Shown here in pieces: positions 57,901 through 64,000 of a stretch of 64,000 nt of DNA. Below the pieces are notes generated by a model. That model worked only from the letters and a program-made list of their open reading frames with translations. It had not been told where the DNA came from and made no database searches. Origin of the DNA: an uncultured bacterium (lineage in GTDB: Bacteria > Bacillota > Clostridia > Oscillospirales > Oscillospiraceae); NCBI GenBank assembly GCA_947383145.1, contig CANDCH010000007.1, positions 14,602-78,601 of the forward strand. Direction: 5' to 3'. Made by a program: the position numbers and the translations under genes. Numbering within the stretch: position 1 is the stretch's first letter; every line of letters starts with the position of its first letter.

Positions 57901-60077
57901 ACCAGGCGGGCTTCGACCCCGATCCCCAGTACTACAACAACAACTTCAACCAGACCACCCAGTCCCACGAGGTGGGGGCCAAGAACACCCTGTACTCCCA
58001 GGACAAGGCCGCCACCCTCCAAATGGTGCTGGCCTCCCCGCTGAACTACCAGCCCGGCGCCAAGACCGTGTACTCCGACGTGGACTATATGCTGCTGGGC
58101 TTCATCATCGAGCAGGCCGCCGGGCAGGACCTGGACACCTTCCTGAAGGAGAAGATTTATAAGCCCCTTGGGCTGGAGCGCATCACCTTCAACCCGCTGG
58201 AGAACGGCTTCAAGACCAGCGACTGCGCCGCCACCGAGCCCAGCGGCAACCACTGGACCGACCTGGCGGGCCACGGCTTCGGCGTGGACTTCGCCAACTG
58301 CCGGGAGGAGGTGCTCCAGGGCACCGTTCACGACGCCAAGGCCTACTACTCCATGGACGGCATGTCCGGCCACGCGGGGCTGTACGCCAACGCCGAGGAC
58401 CTGGCCAAGCTGGCCCAGGCCATGCTCAACCCCACCGGCTACGGCACGGTGCAACTGTTCAACCCCAACGTCAACGGCTACTTCACCGCCCGGAAGAACA
58501 CGCTGGCCAACTGGGGCCAGGGCTGGTGGCGGCAGGGCGACTGCCAGCGCCCGTGGTACTTCGGCGTCCAGGCGTCCCGGGACACCATCGGCCACCAGGG
58601 CTGGACCGGCACCCTCACCATGATCGACCCGGACTCCGAGCTGGTCATGGTCTACCTCACCAACAAGATCAACTCCCCCATCTATGACAATACCACCGCC
58701 CTCACCGGCTACTGCGGCAACTGGTACACCTCCTCCACCCTGGGCTTCGTGGCCAACCTCCTGTACCTGGGCCTGGAGGACCACAGCGCCGCCCAGGACA
58801 TCCAGCCCGCGCTGGACGCCCTGCTGGCCGACATGGCCGTGGACAAGCTGCGTCTGGCGGAGGCGGAGGGCGCGGTGCCCGCCGACCACCCCGCCATCCT
58901 GTCCGCCAAGGCCGTGGTGCAGCAGGTGAGGGACATGGCCGCCGCACGGCCCACCGCCCAGAACAAGGCCGCGCTGGCCTGGGTGCTGGACCTGACCCGG
59001 GCCCGGGTGCCCGCGGCGGACGCCGCCGTAACCGCCCCGGAGGTCAAGCTCAGCGGCAAGACCGTCTCCGCCGCCCTCACCGAGGATCAGGGCGCCGCCC
59101 TGGTCAAGGAGGCGGAGGACCGGGGATACCAGAGCGCCGTGGCGCGGGTCAAGACCAATGAGACCGTGGACAAGGCGGAGCTCTCCATTCCCGCCAAAAC
59201 CCTGTCCGCCTTGGCGGAGGGCGGCACCTCGTTCACCGCCGCCACCCCCGTGGCCGATGTGACCATCCCCGCCGCCGGACTGAGCGGCCTGACCGGGAGC
59301 AAAACCGTGACCATCTCCGCGGAAAAAGAGGGGAACGCCATTTCCGTGACCGTGTCGGCGGACGGCAAGACCGCCGGCACGGTAGAGGGCGGCATCACCG
59401 TCCGCGTGCCCTGGGCGGCGGCCCAGGAGGGCTGCGCGGCGGGCGCCGTGGCGGTCCTGGAAAGCGGGACGGTGCGCAAATCCATGGCCACCGACTACGA
59501 TATCACCGTACCCCTGGACGGCTCCGCCAAGTTTGAGATTGCGGACAAGTCCAAGACCTTCTCCGACGCGCCCAAGGCCATATGGGCCTTCAACGCGGTG
59601 GCCTTTGCCTCCGCCCGGGACCTGTTCCAGGACGCGGAGGACGGGACCTTCGATCCCGACGGGGTCATGACCCGGGGTATGCTGGCCGAGGCCCTGTACC
59701 GCCTGGAGGGCAGCCCCAAGCCCGCCGCCGGGACCGGCTTCCCCGACGCGGCCGGCAGGTACGCCGACGCGGCGGCCTGGGCGGCGCAGGCCAGCATCAT
59801 CAACGGCTATGACGACGGCCGGTTCGGCCCTGACGACCCCGTCACCCGGGAGCAGGCCGCGGCCATCCTCTGGCGGTACGCCGGGTCTCCCGCCTCGTCC
59901 GCAGCGGGGCTGGGCTTCCGCGACGCCGGACAGGTCAGCGGCTACGCGGTCCAGGCTCTGCGCTGGGCCGTGGAGAACGGCGTGATCAACGGCCGCGGCG
60001 GCGGCGTTCTCGACCCCGGCGGCCACGCCACCCGGGCCGAGGCGGCGAAGATCCTCCAGAATTTCATGGCGGTCTGA
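54912..60077 (+). CDS. SLH-anchored protein with two tandem PBP4B(YfeW)/AmiE-like serine hydrolase domains
   Basis: Signal peptide; two copies each of YDLASNTK (SxxK), YSDVDY, GHAGL and GHQGWTGT; three C-terminal SLH repeats. Confidence 0.88.
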   Translation: MKKRLKKMLCLSLCAALALSLLTPAAAAASASSSGGSKAPTAQTTLPSQDWQAQVSFPDWAGYVDDTLAMNSLYSFTGFRGQGKLYITPGASVSGFRLFVNNAEVDTGAMKGGSTWEVDVSGLTVDGTNTIQVSLIRPFNGSVQVNIPYPTVISGDPEDVGMDESTLELISDFVEAEVKYGFSGAQLAVIKDGRLVVNEAWGAASGYRSDLSRIQPGDSDYVPVTTDTLYDLASNTKMYSVNYALQYMLSHEGYDISLDDPITKFFPSFGGEGTTIFKEGTTEEQKADICRWKGQLTIRDILMHQAGFDPDPQYYNNNFNQLTQAHEEGAVNALYSQDRATTLEMVLASPLTYEPGTKTVYSDVDYMLLCFVIEKAAGQGIDQFLKEKFWEPMGLTHITYNPLDNGFTREQCAATEPSGNHWTDLAGNGWAVDFNNCREGLIQGAVHDAKAYYSMGGVSGHAGLFSNAEDLARLCSLMLTGGCDGVKYFDNNVMDEFTKPKSTEAPTWGLGWWRQGAVGRRNYFSTHASSGTVGHQGWTGTLTVIDPEQDLVVVLLTNKKNSPVMDNTESMTDYFGDNMALGGLGTVVGYVYDSFTSTPDAMDDSVRQYALDRMAMSATHHNAYDEAPHMNDAFAMADWVITRAEKRPCTETKANAEAVFAALSDYVNGKDGEVFGAAENKANAAKWLPELKARLDQLKDSKAVHAAPKAAAVKVASAPGIDPETGGYAGGDQNAVFFPRAYGTGTAACYDNAVTWFEGYEGQGKLYFSRINGGEERDISDLAIYVNGIAVDVSAMKENGSAAGIFEIDVSGCAVNGRNTVQVTGINDFRRGTDGAYLMLVHNPQVVEGQGSVDAKVLAMLDNIVKADVEHGFPSAQLAIVKDGKLAYSNAWGAVNSYRYDLTPVLEGDSDYKAAGTDTLYDLASNTKMYSVNYALQYMLAHSGDYGDISLSDPITKFFPKFADQGTTVFKEGTTEAQKADNYRWKAELTIQDILMHQAGFDPDPQYYNNNFNQTTQSHEVGAKNTLYSQDKAATLQMVLASPLNYQPGAKTVYSDVDYMLLGFIIEQAAGQDLDTFLKEKIYKPLGLERITFNPLENGFKTSDCAATEPSGNHWTDLAGHGFGVDFANCREEVLQGTVHDAKAYYSMDGMSGHAGLYANAEDLAKLAQAMLNPTGYGTVQLFNPNVNGYFTARKNTLANWGQGWWRQGDCQRPWYFGVQASRDTIGHQGWTGTLTMIDPDSELVMVYLTNKINSPIYDNTTALTGYCGNWYTSSTLGFVANLLYLGLEDHSAAQDIQPALDALLADMAVDKLRLAEAEGAVPADHPAILSAKAVVQQVRDMAAARPTAQNKAALAWVLDLTRARVPAADAAVTAPEVKLSGKTVSAALTEDQGAALVKEAEDRGYQSAVARVKTNETVDKAELSIPAKTLSALAEGGTSFTAATPVADVTIPAAGLSGLTGSKTVTISAEKEGNAISVTVSADGKTAGTVEGGITVRVPWAAAQEGCAAGAVAVLESGTVRKSMATDYDITVPLDGSAKFEIADKSKTFSDAPKAIWAFNAVAFASARDLFQDAEDGTFDPDGVMTRGMLAEALYRLEGSPKPAAGTGFPDAAGRYADAAAWAAQASIINGYDDGRFGPDDPVTREQAAAILWRYAGSPASSAAGLGFRDAGQVSGYAVQALRWAVENGVINGRGGGVLDPGGHATRAEAAKILQNFMAV

Positions 60078-60082
60078 CGCCA

Positions 60083-60114
60083 GGGGCTCCAGGCGTGCAC
60101 GCGCCTGGAGCCCC
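60083..60114. terminator. hairpin after hydrolase gene
   Basis: GGGGCTCCAGGCG..CGCCTGGAGCCCC; weak U-tract. Confidence 0.5.
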
Positions 60115-60225
60115 GAAGTCTTTGTGCACTTTCGCTTAAGAAACCAATTTTGTTTCATATTTTCCTGTCGAAGAAACACGAAAGAGCCAAGGTATGAAAC
60201 GCCGTTTCAAGGTGGCTCACGAGAA

Positions 60226-60253
60226 TTGACATATTTGTTTTAAATGTTACAAT
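60226..60253 (+). promoter_or_regulatory. sigmaA promoter of the peptide ABC operon
   Basis: TTGACA-N16-TACAAT with extended TG. Confidence 0.65.
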
Positions 60254-60311
60254 GGGGACAGTCAATGTGACAGAACATTGAAAAAAATTACAGAATTTAG
60301 GAGGAGTAACA

Positions 60312-61907
60312 ATGAAGAAGAAGTTCCTAGCCGCTCTGCTCGCCACCGCGATGCTGCTGGGCGTCTCCGCCTGCGGCCCCAAGGACCCCGCCCCCAGCGC
60401 CGGCGCCAACAACCCCGGCGGAACCCAGAGCACGGCCCCGAACAACCAGGGCGGCGGCACGACTGCCCAGGGCAAGGACTCCGTGGTGCTGGCCACCTCC
60501 GGCGAGCCCATCCGCTTCATGGCCCAGTCCTCCCAGAGCTGCAGCGGCGACGATAACCTGGTGCTGAGCAACGTGTACGACTGCCTGCTGTTCCTGGAGC
60601 CCAACGGCGAGCTGACCCCCGCCCTGGCCGAGAGCTATGAGGTGTCCGAGGACGGGCTGACCTACACCTGGCACCTGCGCAAGGGCGTCAAGTTCCACGA
60701 CGGCAGCGAGATGACCGCCGAGGACGTGAAGTTCACCTTTGACCTGGGCGCCGCCGGCCCCATCGGCGCGGCCCTGTTCATCAACCTGGAGAGTACCGAG
60801 GTGGTGGACGACTCCACCGTGGTGATGCACCTGTCCGCCCCCTACGCCGCCTTCCCCTACGGCGTGGCCTCCCGCCTGGGCGGCATCATCAGCAAGGCCT
60901 ACTTTGACAAGGTGGGCGGCGAGGACGGCTATCTGGCCGCCCCCATGGGCACCGGCCCGTACAAGTTCGTGGAGGCTGTGAGCGGCTCCCACATCACCCT
61001 GGAGGCCTTTGAGGATTACTGGCGCGGCCCCGCCCCCATCAAGACCGCCACCATCCAGATCGTGTCCGACACCAACACCCAGGTGCTGGGCCTTCAGAAC
61101 GGCGACTACGACGCCATCCGCAACCCCTCCATCGAGGTGTGCACCCGCTTTGACAGCGTGGACAACGTGGACTGGAACTACACCGACTCCACCGGCCGCA
61201 TCACCCTCTACCTGGCCGCCTGGGGCGGCCACGACTGGGACCTGAACTTCCGCAAGGCGGTGCAGTGCGCCATCAACAAGGACGACATCAACACCGCCAC
61301 CAACAGCGGCTACGCCACCATTTTGGACATCGACATGTGCCCCATGTACGGCGGCTATCCCACCGAAGGCATTGAAACCGTGAAGTATGACCCTGACCAG
61401 GCCAAGGCCTACCTGGCCCAGTCCAGCTATAACAACGAGCCCTACTCCATCCTGGTGCAGAGCGGCACCACCTACGAGGCCGCCGCCAAGATCATCCAGG
61501 CCCAGCTGATGGCCGTGGGCATCAACTGCCAGGTCAACGCCGTGGACGGCCAGACCAAGACCTCCCTCCAGACCAACCGGGACTTTGACGCCCTGATCGG
61601 CGAGAACCTGTCCTCCCTGGTGGACGCCGACGGCGTGAAGAGCTTCTTCCTGTTCAACCGGGGCGATCCCACCCGCCTGTATCAGCGGGAGGAGGAGCTG
61701 TGCGACATGTTCGCCCAGGGCGCGATCCTCCAGGGCGACGCCCGCCTGCCCTACTACGTGGACGCCTGCAACATCATCACCCAGGAGGCCTACATGGTGC
61801 CCCTGTACAACGGCATCATCACCGTGGCCCATAACGCCGCCCTCCAGGGCGCCGACGCCCACTGTCTGGGCAACTTCAACTTCTACTACTGGTCCTGGGC
61901 GAAGTAA
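60312..61907 (+). CDS. Opp/Dpp-family substrate-binding lipoprotein
   Basis: Lipobox VSAC; PALAESYEVSEDGLTYTWHLRKGVKFHDG; GTGPYKF. Confidence 0.93.
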   Translation: MKKKFLAALLATAMLLGVSACGPKDPAPSAGANNPGGTQSTAPNNQGGGTTAQGKDSVVLATSGEPIRFMAQSSQSCSGDDNLVLSNVYDCLLFLEPNGELTPALAESYEVSEDGLTYTWHLRKGVKFHDGSEMTAEDVKFTFDLGAAGPIGAALFINLESTEVVDDSTVVMHLSAPYAAFPYGVASRLGGIISKAYFDKVGGEDGYLAAPMGTGPYKFVEAVSGSHITLEAFEDYWRGPAPIKTATIQIVSDTNTQVLGLQNGDYDAIRNPSIEVCTRFDSVDNVDWNYTDSTGRITLYLAAWGGHDWDLNFRKAVQCAINKDDINTATNSGYATILDIDMCPMYGGYPTEGIETVKYDPDQAKAYLAQSSYNNEPYSILVQSGTTYEAAAKIIQAQLMAVGINCQVNAVDGQTKTSLQTNRDFDALIGENLSSLVDADGVKSFFLFNRGDPTRLYQREEELCDMFAQGAILQGDARLPYYVDACNIITQEAYMVPLYNGIITVAHNAALQGADAHCLGNFNFYYWSWAK

Positions 61908-62006
61908 TCCTCTCAGCTTCGGCGGCCGGGCCGGCCTGAGACCGGCCCGGCCGCTTCCTGTCCCCTTTGGCTCCGCCGACCAAATCAACGAGGGAGGTAT
62001 GTATCT

Positions 62007-62936
62007 TTGAGCTGGATCAAATACGCGCTGAAGCGTCTGCTCATGCTGATCCCGGTGATCCTGTGCGTGACGCTCATCCTGTACACCATCCTGTCCCTGG
62101 CCCCCAACGGCCTGGCCAGGCAGAAGCTGGGCCAGGACGCCAGCGAGGAGCAGATCTACGCCCTGGAGGAGGAGATGGGCCTCCACGACCCCATCATCGT
62201 GCGGTACGTCAAGTACATGGCCGGCGTGTGCCGCCTGGACTTCGGCGTGTCCTGGATCAACAGCAACAACGTGCTCAATGAGTTCGCCCACCGCCTGCCC
62301 TACACCCTGCTCATCGCCGTGCTGTCGGTGCTGTTCGCCGTGGGGGTGGGAGTGCCGCTGGGCATCTTCTCCGCCATCAAGCAGTACAGCCTGTTCGACT
62401 ACGGCTCCACCTTCGTGGCCATGCTGCTGTTCTCCATGCCCGCCTTCTGGCTGGGCACCATGTGCCAGCTGCTGTTCTGCGTCACCCTGGGGCTGCTGCC
62501 GGTGGCGGGGGACAAGACCTGGACCTGCTTTATCCTGCCGCCCCTGATCCTGGGGGCCAACACCCTGGCCTCCATGATCCGCATGAGCCGCACCAGTATG
62601 CTGGACGTCATCAAGCAGGACTACATCCGCACCGCCCGGTCCAAGGGCGCGGCCGAGGGCGCGGTGATCCTCCGCCACGCCATGCGCAACAGCCTGATCC
62701 CGGTCATCACCCAGGTGGGCATCTGCTTCGCCGGGGCCATCGGCGGCGCGGTGGTCACGGAGAGTATCTTCGGCATCAACGGCGTGGGAATGCTGCTCAT
62801 CAACGCGGTGAAATCCCGGGACGTGCCCATCGTCATGGGCACGGTCATCTTCGTCACCATCATCGTGGGCGTCATCAACCTGATCGTGGACCTGATCTGC
62901 GCCGTGATCGATCCCCGCATCGACCTGGCGTCGTAA
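62007..62936 (+). CDS. Opp/Dpp permease (OppB-like)
   Basis: QDYIRTARSKG, HAMRNSLIP, DPRI. Confidence 0.93.
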   Translation: MSWIKYALKRLLMLIPVILCVTLILYTILSLAPNGLARQKLGQDASEEQIYALEEEMGLHDPIIVRYVKYMAGVCRLDFGVSWINSNNVLNEFAHRLPYTLLIAVLSVLFAVGVGVPLGIFSAIKQYSLFDYGSTFVAMLLFSMPAFWLGTMCQLLFCVTLGLLPVAGDKTWTCFILPPLILGANTLASMIRMSRTSMLDVIKQDYIRTARSKGAAEGAVILRHAMRNSLIPVITQVGICFAGAIGGAVVTESIFGINGVGMLLINAVKSRDVPIVMGTVIFVTIIVGVINLIVDLICAVIDPRIDLAS

Positions 62937-62950
62937 AGGAGGGGCAGAGT

Positions 62951-63826
62951 ATGGCAAAACGGAAAAAATCCCTGTCCGAGTACAGCACCGGCCAGCTGGT
63001 CCTGTACCGCTTCAGCAAAAACAAGCTGGCCATGTTCGGCGTGGTGCTGCTGGCGGCCATGGCGCTGGTCATCCTCCTGGGCCCGCTGGTGGTGCCGGAG
63101 GAGTCCGTGTCCATGATGCACATTCCGGAGCGCTTTTCCGCCCCCGGGGAAAACGGCTTCCTCTTCGGCAGCGACGAGTTCGGCCGGGACCTGTTCGCCC
63201 GCATCCTGTACGGCGGGCGCATCTCCCTGTTCTGCTCCCTGGCGGTCATCGCCATCGCCTTCGTGGTGGGGGCCATCATCGGCGGGGCCGCGGGCTTCTT
63301 CGGCGGCAAGGTGGACAGCGTGCTCATGCGCTTCATCGACATCTTGATGGCCGTCCCCTCCGCCCTGCTGGCCATGGCCATCATCACCGCCCTGGGCAAC
63401 GGCGTGTGGAAGCTGGTGGTGGCGCTGGCCATCGGCCAGATCGCCCGCTTCGCCCGCACCGTGCGCGCCTCGGTGCTCACCCTGCGCAATATGGAGTACG
63501 TGGAGGCCGCCAAGTGCTACGGCTCCAGCTCCATGCGCATCATCCTCAAGCACATCCTGCCCAACGGCATCGGGCCCATCATCGTGTCCGCCACCCTCAC
63601 CCTGGGCCAGACCATTCTGAGCATCTCCTCCATGGGCTACCTGGGCCTGGGCGTGGCCTCCCCCACGCCGGAGTGGGGCACCATCATCTCGGAGAACAAG
63701 GTGAACCTCCAAGATTTCCCCCATCTGGGCCTGATCCCCGGCATCTGCATCTGCCTGACGGTGATGGCGGTGAACTTTATCGGCGACGGCCTGCGGGACG
63801 CGTTCGACCCCAGGACCAAGAATTGA
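62951..63826 (+). CDS. Opp/Dpp permease (OppC-like)
   Basis: FGSDEFGRDLFAR, EYVEAA, KHILPN, GDGLRDAFDP. Confidence 0.93.
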   Translation: MAKRKKSLSEYSTGQLVLYRFSKNKLAMFGVVLLAAMALVILLGPLVVPEESVSMMHIPERFSAPGENGFLFGSDEFGRDLFARILYGGRISLFCSLAVIAIAFVVGAIIGGAAGFFGGKVDSVLMRFIDILMAVPSALLAMAIITALGNGVWKLVVALAIGQIARFARTVRASVLTLRNMEYVEAAKCYGSSSMRIILKHILPNGIGPIIVSATLTLGQTILSISSMGYLGLGVASPTPEWGTIISENKVNLQDFPHLGLIPGICICLTVMAVNFIGDGLRDAFDPRTKN

Positions 63827-63842
63827 GGAGGGAGGCTGAACC

Positions 63843-64000
63843 ATGGCAGACAACACGAAAAACACCTCTGAAAACCTGCTGGAGGTCAGCGATCTCCACG
63901 TGCAGTACCGTACCGACGACGCCATCGTCCACGCCATCAACGGCCTGTCCCTGCGGGTGAAGCAGGGGGAGAAGCTGGGCCTGGTGGGGGAGACCGGTGC
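63843..64000 (+). CDS. Opp/Dpp ATPase (OppD-like), 3' end outside window
   Basis: LLEVSDLHVQY..HAINGLSLRVKQGEKLGLVGETG. Confidence 0.88.
   Translation, partial: MADNTKNTSENLLEVSDLHVQYRTDDAIVHAINGLSLRVKQGEKLGLVGETG

Noticed and set aside
54912..60077. Beta-lactamase resistance gene
   Set aside because: The SNTK/YSD/HQG motif set matches PBP4B/AmiE-like hydrolases; resistance cannot be inferred from the fold.
54816..60179. 1787-aa ORF on the - strand, and other long antisense ORFs (196-1695, 1418-3478, 6360-8495, 16460-18841, 60327-62957)
   Set aside because: Shadow ORFs opposite well-supported genes, expected from high GC3 codon bias; no recognisable motifs.
60284..60299. CodY box before the peptide-binding protein gene
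   Set aside because: About five mismatches to AATTTTCWGAAAATT; too weak.

Overview
GC-rich chromosomal window from a spore-forming clostridial Firmicute; gene content and style suggest Oscillospiraceae (inference). It is mostly core or near-core genome. In order it holds: a heterodimeric ABC exporter, cysK, a TetR-HdeD-MMPL-heptad-repeat module, a galacto-N-biose/lacto-N-biose (GH112 gnpA) locus with galE, a NahK-like kinase and an ABC importer, an orphan holin-amidase pair, hpf, an ECF sigma/anti-sigma pair, a SleC-like operon, rex, tRNA-Arg(ACG) followed by serine-recombinase scars, SLH and transglutaminase surface proteins, mtaB, mscS, tmk, a GlcNAc-type PTS, nfeD-SPFH, a second ECF pair, rodA, tsaE-tsaB, a ~1720-aa SLH-anchored double PBP4B/AmiE-like hydrolase and an Opp/Dpp operon. 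No CRISPR array, intact transposase or prophage was seen. The most notable observations: (1) a three-copy MITE with IS5-like ends, 4-bp target duplications and a covarying internal stem; (2) a sleC-like gene split into pre-domain and catalytic ORFs that are in frame and separated by one UGA; (3) a sigma28-type promoter ahead of an uncharacterised protein with an FlgM-like motif; (4) the tandem hydrolase next to a peptide importer; (5) several other structured intergenic repeats. All family assignments come from motif recognition by eye, not from database searches.
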